Source of the DNA: Octopus sinensis
Lineage: Eukaryota
NCBI RefSeq assembly: GCF_006345805.1
Contig: NC_043006.1
Location: 18,848,001 to 18,912,000 of the forward strand
Direction of reading: 5' to 3'
Length of the DNA: 64,000 bases
The position numbers and the translations under genes are program-made. Below the pieces are notes generated by a model. The model was not told the DNA's origin. It did no database searches and worked only from the letters and a program-made list of their open reading frames with translations. Shown here one piece after another: positions 12,625-24,389 of the stretch. The first letter of the stretch is position 1. Each line of letters opens with the position of its first letter.

Positions 12625-13170
12625 CTAGCTTAAGGTGACCCGCTCTACCCGTGGGTGAGGGTGTGGATGTTACTTTCTGTTTCTTATCACATTCTCTCTC
12701 TTTGTTTCTCTCTCCTTCCTTTCTCACTTCCCCACTCTCTTATTCTTCCTTTCTCTCGGACTCTCTCTCGCTTTCTCTTACTCTCTATCTTTTTCTATCT
12801 CTCTCTCCCCATTTATAAACAACAAAAGATCTTGAGTAATTTGAGAAAGAAATATTTTGAAAGATCAATCATAAATATCAGGCAGTGACAACGGAAAGCA
12901 CACATGCTTCTTGTACGTGCCACTATTTGAGCGATTAAAAATAAGGAGAAAAAGGATTTCTTTGTAAAATTTAGTACTTATTTTGGTAATTTTTCGACGA
13001 TTGACCATGCAAATGAAAGTTCTAAAGATGGGCTACATGCAGCTCTCGCCTCTTTTTACATGTTCATGTAAATGTTGGAGCTAATCCGACCTCATCTACC
13101 GCCCCTTAAACCGTTCCCATCCCCAAATGAGACGAAAAATTTTTTCGAACTTCAGCTTTATATATATATA
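12625..13170 (-). mobile_element. non-autonomous Helitron-like element
   Basis: Minus-strand 3' end ...cccacgggtagagcgggtcaccttaagCTAG|t (GC-rich stem then CTAG); the other end, cagctttatatatata, matches the 5' end type of the 26932 element. Confidence 0.55.
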
Positions 13171-13424
13171 TATATATATATTATACAAATGGAATAGGTT
13201 GCGAACAGGAAAGAAGAAAAGAGGGGGAAATGATAAAAAATTATATATAAGGGCAAATTGTCCCCGAAAATGTAATTAAAATTGTGTTTGCATGTATCAT
13301 TAGTAAAAAATAAAAGGTAAAATGCATCTGGGAGATAAATTAGATTATCTGAGAGATAAATTAGATAAATTAGATTTTTACGTTTTTTAAATATATTTTT
13401 CTGTTTCTTTCTTTTCTGTCAATC

Positions 13425-13790
13425 CCGTGGTGATAAGGGGAGCTGAACGCCCATCACTTACGAAATGCTCCAATGGCTTGCGCAAGACCTGTCCTCTGAC
13501 AGTCAAGCCCGACTCCTTCGCCAAACCAACAGGAGACTAGTGAGAAAAGGCAATTATCTGGCTCCTTCAAATAACCAGTGCTCCAGGACGGCTGTACTTG
13601 ATTACTTTGGGTGGCAAGCAGCCTAGGAGAAGGACCACTCTGAGTTCAAAACCAAGGAAGCAAGGCCCCTGCGGCCTTAGCGGACTACCTTGATAGAGAT
13701 AGTGTCTCGATAAAAATACTGGTTGGTAGCAACATAAAAACACACCTCGTCTGTGAGTTAAAACGCCAAGCCATATAGATGACGATGAAC
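13425..13790 (+). mobile_element. possible RTE-clade LINE 5' UTR fragment
   Basis: gggtggcaagcagcctaggagaaggaccactctgagttcaaaacc resembles the conserved RTE 5'-UTR motif as I recall it; GC-rich relative to flanks. Confidence 0.45.
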
Positions 13791-14006
13791 ACAAAAAAAG
13801 AAAATTGTATGGAAGGAAAAGAAAATGTACGGTTAATTTGCAAGAGATGTGAACGCCAATTCAGATGCAGAAGACCGGTTGCTATGGATGAATAGCAATA
13901 ATAATAATAATAATAATGATGATGATCATGATCATGATGATGATGACGATAGCAATATCGAAAAATACCTTATGAATGAGAACCCAGGTTCGAAATTTTC
14001 CCAGGT

Positions 14007-14048
14007 CATCTGATGAAGGCTGGGGGTTATATCAGTCGAAACATTGTG
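14007..14048 (+). ncRNA. minimal type I hammerhead-like motif (probably decayed)
   Basis: cat-CTGATGA-a-ggctg..cagtc-GAAA-catt-gtg: intact core and stem II; stem III acat is probably CpG-decayed acgt. Confidence 0.5.
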
Positions 14049-14154
14049 TTAACAACAAACAAGATGAGGACAAATATCCGTCAAATGTAAACAATGTAAA
14101 TAATGCACATAATTCTTCGTCTCTTAAATATAGAACTGTATGACAAAAGAACAT

Positions 14155-14513
14155 TATGATAATCGACATAGCATGCCTCGTTGACAACATTATCAGTGTG
14201 AAAGAAGAAGAATAAATAAACAACTATGACGATTTGAAGTGAGATATAAGATGGTTGTCAATGAAAAGAGTTGACATGATACCAATAGTAACTGATGCAC
14301 TTGGAAGTATCAGCACTCAACTACCATCATGGGTCAAAAAGATTGGCGCAAGTTTAAAGGTAGAACATCTACAAAAATCAGTGTTAGTTGGAACTGCAAG
14401 AATTCTTTGCAGGGTTCTTGAAGGATGACCAGTAAACAAGTGTCACCTTAGTTTCCTGGTTCTGGACAGCTGACGCTTTCCATCATACCCAACAAAATAT
14501 GCTGAGTGTTTTC
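14155..14513 (+). mobile_element. R4/Dong-type LINE 3' fragment (endonuclease C-terminus plus 3' UTR) ending in TAA repeats
   Basis: Translates as IDIAC..VKEEE*INNYDDLK..DMIPIVTDALGSI..LQKSVLVGTARILCRVLEG*, paralleling the C-terminus of ORF 38692-39435. Confidence 0.75.
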
Positions 14514-14530
14514 ATATAATGATAATAATA

Positions 14531-15115
14531 ATAATCCTTTCTATTACAGGCACAAGGCCTGAAAATTGAGGAAGGGAAATAGTCGATTACATAGATCCCA
14601 GTACTCAAATGATATTTATTTTATCCACCCCGAAATGATTAAAAGGCAAAGTCGACCTAAGCGGAATTTGAACTCAGAACGTGAAGACGGACGCAATGCT
14701 GCCAAGCGTTTCACCCGGCGCTCTATCGATTCTTTTCTACTCTAGGCACAAGGCCCGAAATTTTCTGGGGGAATGGGCCAGTCGATTAGTACACAACTGG
14801 TACTTAATGTATCGACCCCGAAAGAATGAAAGGCAAAGTCGACCTCGGCGGAATTGGAACTCAGAGCAAGAAGATAGACGAAATACCGCTAAGCATTTTG
14901 CCCGGCGTGCTAACGTTTCTAGCAGCTCACCGCCTTAATAACAATCCTTTCTGTTATAGGCAGAAGGACAAAAATTATGGTGGAGGAGGCACTTATTTCA
15001 TCAACCCTGAAAGCAAAATCGACCCCACCAGAATTTGAACTCAGAAAGTCAAGCAGACGAAATGCCGCCAAGCATTTTGACCGATGTGCTAACTATTCCG
15101 CCAGTTCGCCGCCTT
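14531..15115 (-). mobile_element. three head-to-tail diverged family-C SINEs, (ATT)n-tailed subfamily
   Basis: Three successive aaggcaaagtcgacc..cggaatttgaactcag blocks (about 14640, 14830, 15010), each preceded on + by a ggcacaaggcc-like tail. Confidence 0.75.
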
Positions 15116-15119
15116 AATA

Positions 15120-15167
15120 ATGATAATAACAACAACCACTGCAATAACAACAACAATACTGATAGTC

Positions 15168-15209
<42 letters not shown>

Positions 15210-15250
15210 TACTACTACTACTACTACTTCTACTGCTGCTGCTGCTGCTG

Positions 15251-15287
<37 letters not shown>

Positions 15288-15331
15288 TACTACTAATACT
15301 ACTACTACTACTAATAATAATAATAATAATA
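15120..15331. repeat. compound (AAC)/(TAC)n/(TGC)n/(TAA)n trinucleotide microsatellite
   Basis: Direct reading of the sequence. Confidence 0.9.
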
Positions 15332-15342
15332 AACGCCTTGAT

Positions 15343-15891
15343 GCAATACCAGGCAGTGAATCTCATGGCTTCTCATCTTAACTGATTGGAAATGTCATCA
15401 TGTACATGATTCGTCCTGGTATAAAAGATGGGCTACAACAAATATTCTGCTCAATACCAAAGATTTGCTTGTCAGTTGTTTGACCATAACCAATCGAGCA
15501 TTACTCTTAGTGTTTAACAATATGTGTATATCTGACCACGAGGAGAAGTAGTGGTGGGGTATCGTAGCTATCGTATTGAGAGGAATTCTTTGGGGGTTTG
15601 AATAATTCACCTCTGGAAACATGGGTGTGTCGTTCAACATCCTTAAATAGCCCTTATTCAGGGACCTTTTTGAGCGGTATGGGCTACTCGAGCTGAACGA
15701 AATTCTAACTGGGCCACCACCTGGAAGGTCATGCACTGATTATCTTGATATGAGATTACCATGTTGCGTACATGTGGTTGTGATGCATGTGACTGGCATA
15801 CACTTATCTGATGGGTAGTCATGTTGGGTATATTGGGCTTCGTATATTTGTACCCCAGTGTCACTTTGATAGCATGCTCTCTCACTCACTC
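15343..15891 (+). mobile_element. family-E roughly 550-bp non-coding retro-like element, copy 1
   Basis: Colinear with 40893-41432; preceded by (TAA)n and ending ctctcactc-aat repeats. Confidence 0.8.
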
Positions 15892-16421
15892 AATAGTAAT
15901 AATAAAATTTGTACCCTCTATAAAAAAGAGATTTCCTTCTACAGCTGTGGAAGGATGTTTGCTCGGCAACATTTTGGTTTTAAATGATGGACAACAAAGA
16001 AAATTAGCATTTTTTTACAGATTGATATGCATCATTATTACGTCAAAAATATTTTAACCAATATTCTTGAAAGCTTGGCACCATTCTTAGTACACTATAC
16101 TTACCAAGAACTCTAATGTTGAAAGTATACTACAGATAAGTACCTTCTACCATATTATATTATATCCTATCATACGAGATCAAAAATTGAATAACATACT
16201 ATAATTTCGATGTCACCCTAGCATCAAAAGACTCTGTAGAGGACAGCGGCACAGTTGGTCTCTAAATTACGTAAGGGTTTTCCATTTATTGCAAACTGTT
16301 ATTACAGAAACGGTGGTCTACTATTACTACGAAAACTTTAACCTTTAACGATATAATTCATTAAGTAAATGACTGCGGATACAAAATTTGAAGTTATCAA
16401 TCTATTTGCTGTGAATTTAAA

Positions 16422-16899
16422 CATGGAAAGCGTAGCATAAATACATCTTCATAAAAGAAAAGGAAAAAGTGAGAATTTAGAGAATGCGCGGGCTAAGACT
16501 ACGCGCCTTCATTAGTCAGTTAAGGTGAGACAGTGTCACGTGACAACTTGCTGGGGCTGCCTGCTGGAGCCTAGCGGCAGGTATTTAAAGGGAAAGATTT
16601 GACAAGTCAGTCAGTCACCGGCTGACACCCGCTGACGATACATCGAAGAGGCCAGGGAACAGAAGAAAGAAGACATGCACCCAACACCAGAGTTGAAGAC
16701 ACCTCCGAAGGGGGGGGGGACGTCAAAACGCTAGAGGAGTAGGGGCCGAAACCGGACGTGGTTCCTCCTGATGATGCCTTGAGCTAACTGGATCCTATAA
16801 AGGAACTGTTGTGGTAGCAGATCACGAAACACGGTTGTAATTTCTTCCATGGAAAGCGTATCATAAATACATCTTCATAAAAAGAAAAGGAAAAAGTGA
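16422..16899. mobile_element. 375-bp GC-richer insert (16473-16847) between 51/52-bp direct repeats
   Basis: catggaaagcgtagcataaatacatcttcataaaagaaaaggaaaaagtga at 16422-16472 and at 16848-16899 (1 substitution, 1 extra A). Confidence 0.75.
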
Positions 16900-17319
16900 T
16901 ATTATATTTTTTAAAAAACTCTAAATTTCTTAAACTTATAACAAAACATTTGTTAGGGGAATCCCTTTAAAGCTGCCAAAACAGCGGTCAAATAATAGCT
17001 TATTCAGCAAGATATCCATATCTGATAATGAAATAGTAAAGAACAGTGCATACATAAAATAATTCAATGTACATAAATCATATCAATCTCTCAAACAGAT
17101 TTGAAAGATGAAAGATGAAAAAGATTGTGTGGCTTAATATTTATGTAATTACAAGCTTACATAACAAACATTACATCAAATCGACTTACTTTTTCTAACA
17201 TTTTGAACGAAAAGCAATCTCTAAACACAATAAATTATCTACTTGATGAATCAGAAAGTTCGTTTCGGTCACACCACACGCACACACACATCAAACATAC
17301 ACAGAACTTCAACCTCCCC

Positions 17320-17358
<39 letters not shown>

Positions 17359-17382
17359 AATACACACGGACACACACACACA

Positions 17383-17454
<72 letters not shown>

Positions 17455-17715
17455 GGGAGAGTTCACGAAAAAAACAAAAGACGAAGATAGGTGGTGTACA
17501 AAACAAACAGATGTATTAGTATAACGCTCAGGAATAGAAAAAGTCTTTTTACGTTTCGAGCCTACGCTCTTCTACAGAAAGGGACACAGGAAACAAGGAG
17601 AGAAAAAGAGAGAGAAAATATATATGATACGGGTGATGTGTATAAATTCAAACTTGTTACCAGTCCAAATACGCATGAGAGATATTCGAAACCCGTAAGC
17701 AGGCCATTCACTGTG
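17455..17715 (-). mobile_element. short Penelope-like insert between microsatellites, with a variant hammerhead motif at 17547-17580
   Basis: Shares acgctcagga..acgtttcgagc..gctctt with 59146-59362; minus strand reads ttt-CTGTAGA-a-gagc-gtag-gctc-GAAACGT-a-aaa. Confidence 0.5.
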
Positions 17716-17800
17716 ATGTGTATGTATGTATGTATGCATGTATGTATGTATGTATGTATGTATGTATGTATGTATGTATGCATGTATGTATGTATGTATG

Positions 17801-18163
17801 TCTCTCTTTTTCTCTTTTACTTGTTTCAGTCATTTGACTGCGGCCATGCTGGAGCACCGCCTTTAATCGAGCAACTCGACCCCGGGACTTATTCTTTGTA
17901 TGCCCAGTACTTATTCTATCGGTCTCTTTTTTGCCGAACCGCTAAGTGACGGGGACGTAAACACACCAGCATCGGTTGTCAAGCAATGCTAGGGGCACAA
18001 ACACAGACACATATACACACACACTTATATATATACATATATACGACAGGCTTCTTTCAGTTTCCGTCTACCAAATCCACTCACAAGGCATTGGTCGGCC
18101 CGAGGCTATAGCAGAATACACTTGCCCAAGATGCCACGCAGTGGGACTGAACCCGGAACCATG
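17801..18163 (-). mobile_element. family-A SINE, head truncated
   Basis: Family-A reverse complement, stopping at cccggaaccatg. Confidence 0.9.
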
Positions 18164-18810
18164 TATTTAAGTATGTATGTATATATGTATGTTTGTATGT
18201 ATGTATGTATGCATGGATGCATGTAATGCGGGTTATATTCAACAGATAGCTCATGGAAGATTCTAATAAGGATTTATTGTAGGAGAGTAGCAACAGGTGT
18301 AGAAAGCAACTATTGTTTAATAATTAGTATCACCTTCAAATAAAGGGGAAACACAACATTAGTTAGTGATCGGTTATCTCGAAGAAAGAAGCTGTGTCAT
18401 ATCTTGTATTATTTTACATCATTATTCCAATCCTCTTTAAAATGAGACCTGGGAAATTTTCTGTATGACTTTTAGTTTAGAGCAGAAATAAGACTTTACA
18501 AAGTATCTTAAATTAATCAGTTGCATTCATGAATCGTTGCATTCGCAGTGAAAATTCATAAAAAATGTTACTTCCATCACTGGTGGTTTAAGCATTTAAG
18601 GAAAATGAGAAGAAATGCAGAGGCATGGACACACATCAACACTTAGGTGTATGACCTTGTCATCCTTTCAATCCTAAAAGAATATCCCACTTCAAATGAT
18701 GGTACTGAATAATTAGAGGCTCATGAAGATGTGATTTGCCTTGCATTTACTTCCCAGTTTTGGCCTAAATCACGATCTTTTCAAACAATTCTGATCGCGA
18801 ATAAATCGTG

Positions 18811-18844
<34 letters not shown>

Positions 18845-18848
<4 letters not shown>

Positions 18849-18967
18849 CGTGATCACGTGACCGACCAGGCTATCAGATGTTGCTACACATCGCTGGTCA
18901 CAATGCGCTACGCATTGTTTTAGCCTTCAAATGACGCCACCCCGCTGGCTAAGCGAGCAGGCCAACA
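18845..18967 (-). mobile_element. isolated family-B tail variant 2 (5'-truncated SINE)
   Basis: gaccgaccag..acacatcgctggtcacaatg..gacgccaccccgctggctaagcgagcaggccaaca matches 57341-57470. Confidence 0.75.
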
Positions 18968-19237
18968 TATATATATATATATATAGGCTTTTCTTCCTAC
19001 GGATAAACCTTATCTGCTTCCCCCTTCACACTTTACACCATGACACTGTGATACATGATACCTATTGATCGTTTTCTATCCCCCGCCCTTTTTTTTCTTC
19101 CTTCCCTTTTACGATCCCTTTTGATTGAAAACCTAACCCATCTTTTTTTTTTCTTTTCTCTCCCCCAAAAAAGAAAAGCTCTACTTTGTAATCTGTCCCG
19201 TCTGTGTGCAGTCCTGTGTGGCTAATAAAGAAACACG

Positions 19238-19965
<728 letters not shown>

Positions 19966-20614
19966 ATATACATATATACACATATATACTGAGAGAACAA
20001 GACCGAGGGGAAAAAGAGGGAGAACAATACATTAACAAATAGATTGATTGACTCATACTTAGTTAAATGCTTCGATTGGCAAATTTTTATAAATATGCCA
20101 TTTTTTTCTGTATGAATACATTAGCGCTCAGGCCTCGTTTGTTTAATTCACAATTACATTAACTGATAGCATCCTCTTGTTGCAAAATTTTAGTTTTATA
20201 TATTTTGTACATGAGCTAAAATTGTGCTGCCTAGATTGACGCGCGTTTATCTGCTGCGTAGCTTCTGTCATGTGTTTAAGTAGACAAACTTATAAGATTC
20301 CTCAATTAGGATATCTCAAAATTCATATTTGTTTTGCCTCTCTAAAACTGCTATTATTGATCTCTGTTAGATAAAGGGACTATTTCTTTCCTTTGTCCAT
20401 TCCTGGTCAATTTATACTCCAGATACTCGTAATATCTATAAACTTTGTATATCGTAATTGTGTTTAAGTAAACAGCGACAGATAACGTGAAACCTCATAG
20501 TAAATATTCACATTTTCTTTATTTGGTATATTTGGGATTCATTTTTCCAACTTCTTTTATACACATAGCTATAAAATGATAGAACTTTGCTAGTGTGAAA
20601 TGGCCGATTGTATA

Positions 20615-20849
20615 TATTTCTTTACTACTCACAACGGGCTTAAACACAGAGGGGACAAACAAGGATAGACAAACGGATAAAGTCGATTACATCGACCCCA
20701 GTGCGTAACTGGTACTTAATTTTATCGACCCCGAAAGGATGAAAGGCAAAGTAGACCTCGGCGGAATTTGAACTCAGAACGTAATGGCAGACGAAATACG
20801 GTTACACATTTCGCCCGGCGTGCTAACGTTTCTGCCAGCTCGCCGCCTT
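20615..20849 (-). mobile_element. family-C tRNA-derived SINE with a 17-bp TSD
   Basis: Head aaggcggcgagctggcagaaacgttagc..gagttcaaattcc; TSD aaatggccgattgtata at 20598-20614 and 20850-20866. Confidence 0.9.
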
Positions 20850-21178
20850 AAATGGCCGATTGTATAGCGATGCCAAACCACCGAGTTGTGTGTCCGAATT
20901 CATTTCAATCTCTTTGATATTTTAAATTGCACACGCTAGTAATACTAATTCATAATTTTAGATAATGCATACTATGATACATCAAACCATTTTGATAGTC
21001 GAATCGGGCTGATAGTGAAAGAACCTTTAATTTTGAGTGATTTATTTAATTTTGAGTGATTTATTTACGAATATGGATTACGACGTAGTTTGACCGAACG
21101 TAACCATTTGGTTGTTCCTTCTTGCGTATCACACAAAGTTGGGTTTATCAATTGCAAGGTAGTGGGACTAACAAAGAA

Positions 21179-21230
21179 TACAGTTTAACATCGACCTTGG
21201 ACTAAGGTCTAAGGTCGATGTTAAACTGTA
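21179..21230. repeat. hairpin with perfect 20-bp arms and a 12-nt loop, probably the centre of a decayed MITE
   Basis: tacagtttaacatcgacctt / aaggtcgatgttaaactgta; imperfect pairing extends further out. Confidence 0.8.
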
Positions 21231-21620
21231 CTCCTTTTTAGTACCCCTTAATCCTTGTGCGTAATTCGATAGGTTACACAAAACAAGAAATTTGAAAATG
21301 AGATACACATTCATACATAGACTAGCTCAAATGTTCTCCGGACATGCCGTGTACAGTGCAGATTATCTTGATTTCCGTGATTAACAGAAATAAAAGACTA
21401 ATGCATTGCAACTAATGCAATGAATGTTTTTTGTGTTGTGTGAGCTTTAGTACTCGTTAGACGTATTTCAGAATGATGGGCTGAACACATCACAAGCAAC
21501 AGAAATTATATTACATGAATAAATCAGTAATTCAAAATTTACAACAGTTTCGTTATAACACTCGTATGTTGGGCTGTGGACCTGTAGCACATATGTTATG
21601 ATGTAATGGTAAAATATTTC

Positions 21621-21853
21621 TATTTCTTTATTACCCACAAGGGGCTAAACATAGAAGGGACAAACAAGGACAGACATAGTTATTAAGTCAATTACATCGA
21701 CCCCAGTGCGTAACTGGTACTTAATTTATCGACCCCGAAAGGATGAAAGGTAAAGTCGACCTCGGCGGAATTTGAACTCACAACGTAACGCAGACGAAAT
21801 ACCGCTAAGCATTTCGCCCGGCGTGCTAACGTTTCTGCCAGCTCGCCGCCTTG
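21621..21853 (-). mobile_element. family-C SINE with a 15-bp TSD
   Basis: TSD atggtaaaatatttc at 21606-21620 and 21854-21868. Confidence 0.9.
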
Positions 21854-21874
21854 ATGGTAAAATATTTCATTCAT

Positions 21875-22271
21875 TTACTCTTTTACTTGTTTCAGTCATT
21901 TGACTGCGGTCATGCTGGAGCACCGCCTTTAGTCGAGCAAATCGACCCGAGGAATTATTCCTTGTAAGCCTTAGTACTTATTCTATCGGTTTCTTTTGCT
22001 GAACCGCTAAGTTACGGGGACGTAAGCACACCAGCATCGGTTGTCAAGAGATGTTGGGGGGACAAACACAGACACACAAACACACACATATATATATATA
22101 TACACATATATACGACGGGCTTCTTTCAGTTTCTGTCTACCAAATCCACTCACAAGGTTTTGGTTGGCCCGAGGCTATAGTAGAAGACACTTGCCCAAGG
22201 TGCCACGCAGTGGGATTGAACCCGGAACCATATGGTTGGTAAGCAAGCTACTTACCACAGAGCCACTCCTG
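21875..22271 (-). mobile_element. family-A SINE
   Basis: Family-A reverse complement. Confidence 0.88.
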
Positions 22272-22333
22272 TTATGAACTTCACAGGGTTTGGATTCTCG
22301 ATATAGAATTTACGATGGAAGCATCGTGCAATG

Positions 22334-22707
22334 TGGAAGCACTCCGTCGGTTACGACGACGAGGGTTCCGGTTGATCCGAATCAACGGAACAGCCTGCTC
22401 GTGAAATTAACGTGTAAGTGGCTGAGCACTCCACAGACACGTGTACCCTTAACGTAGTTCTCGGGGATATTCAGCGTGACACAGAGAGTGACAAGGCCGG
22501 CCCTTTGAAATACAGGTACAACAGAAATAGGAAGTAAGAGTGAGAGAAAGTTGTGGCGAAAGAGTACAGCAGGGATCACCACCATCCCTGCCGGAGCCCG
22601 GTGGAGCTTTAGGTGTTTTCGCTCAATAAACACTCACAACGCCCGGTCTGGGAATCGAAACCGCGATCCTATGACCGCGAGTCCGCTGCCCTAACCACTG
22701 GGCCATT
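22334..22707 (-). mobile_element. family-B tRNA-derived SINE (tail variant 1), 8-bp TSD
   Basis: aatggcccagtggttagggcagc..ggtttcgattccc; tail ..gtaaccgacggagtgcttcca; TSD atcgtgca at 22323-22330 and 22708-22715. Confidence 0.88.
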
Positions 22708-23735
22708 ATCGTGCAGTAACGCTCAATACCAACTACTAATTATCAACTCTAAGAGAGAAATAAAAAACAATACTTGTCTGATGACTTGAACAGATACCTC
22801 TACTTCGATATTTCGTGCACATCAACTGGTTTTGTCAGATTTCATAGATTAGCAGATGATCCAACAAATGGAAAACGCAGCAAGAGAATATAGCATGATG
22901 CACTTTTGATGACCAGGAGAACAAACGTCTCAGAGAAAGAGTGGAAGAGAGAGAGGGGGAGGGGGGAGAGGAATATATATGGAAGGTATAATTGATAACG
23001 CATTCGTCCGGAAGGCAATAGACGTGTGTTTCAGTTTACAAAAGTGAGCTTGTTCTATTTTTTACTAGAAATTAATTTTCGGGAAACAATAAAATATTCA
23101 ATCTTTATATTTTATCATTCACGGTAAAATCTAATTTCAGATTGGGAGAAGCTATCTACTCGAATTCATCATCTCATTTTTGAATTGGAAATCTTTATTA
23201 TAAAAATAGAGTCGTTCAAATACTTCAATAACGGAACGTTTTGTATTGATTTTTGTTTTTATCACATCTGGATTTACATTTTCGGATAGCATTAAGATGT
23301 TTCGATTTTTCTTATTGAATGCGTGGTTTTATTTTTATGTTGCAAGCTCCTGTTCTATTTGAGATATCGTCTTCTGTTTATGTGTCTTTGCCTGTTGACA
23401 TGGGTTAAACAGCGATACTATACTTCCAATATTAGATCGATGATAGTTACAATGACTATAGATTTTAGCCATTAGAAAAATTGTTTCACTATAATCAATT
23501 TATCTGGAAAAAAAGTAGCATGAATCAAGGATTAATTGTCATATAGTTATCAGAGTTTGAGGTTTTCAATATACTTTACCAGATTAATCATATCTTTCTT
23601 TAGATCAATCTCCTACTGATTTATTTTCGGTTGGCAAGGATATAGATCACGCACTCACTAACCTGATATTCATTTGTCGCGAACATTTTGGAAAACTAAA
23701 TACTGAAGAGAGAGATAGAGATAGAGAGAGAGAGA

Positions 23736-23774
<39 letters not shown>

Positions 23775-24011
23775 CGTTGAGAAGTGCATTTTCTAAAGTT
23801 CATATCTCATAACTATGACCTCTTCTCACATTTATTTTCATGTTTTATGATAAGAATGGATATTTGTTTGTCATACCTGCACCAGTATCTGTACATTTTA
23901 CCAGTTCCGTTTTAATAATTTCTTATAAACATCATAACGATGAGTAATTTAAAACATAAGTAGCCTATTTTACATATACATTATATATATATATATATAT
24001 ATAAATAATAA

Positions 24012-24266
24012 TAAATATTAGGGAATGAATCCAAAATTACAGGGAAAAATCAGATTTAGGGTTAAATCCAATTTTATAGTAAAATATTATATAATATAAT
24101 TCGAGACAAAACCACTATTTTAAAACCAAACAAGGAAAGACTTAATCAATACATAAAATTTTAATATAAATTAAATAAACCGCGGTTTATTTAATTTATA
24201 TTAAAATTTTATGTATTGATTAAGTCTTTCCTTGTTTGGTTTTAAAATAGTGGTTTTGTCTCGAAT

Positions 24267-24271
<5 letters not shown>
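24012..24271. mobile_element. Penelope-like fold-back insert with a 178-bp spacer-less palindrome (24094-24271)
   Basis: 89-bp arms centred on ccgcgg (24180-24185), preceded by tattagggaatgaatccaaa..cagggaaaaatcagatttagg, which is shared with 28342-28420; flanked by (TA)n. Confidence 0.75.
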
Positions 24272-24350
<79 letters not shown>

Positions 24351-24389
24351 CGTACTTGGAAGAAGAAGACAACGAAGCGTGCGTTCGAT

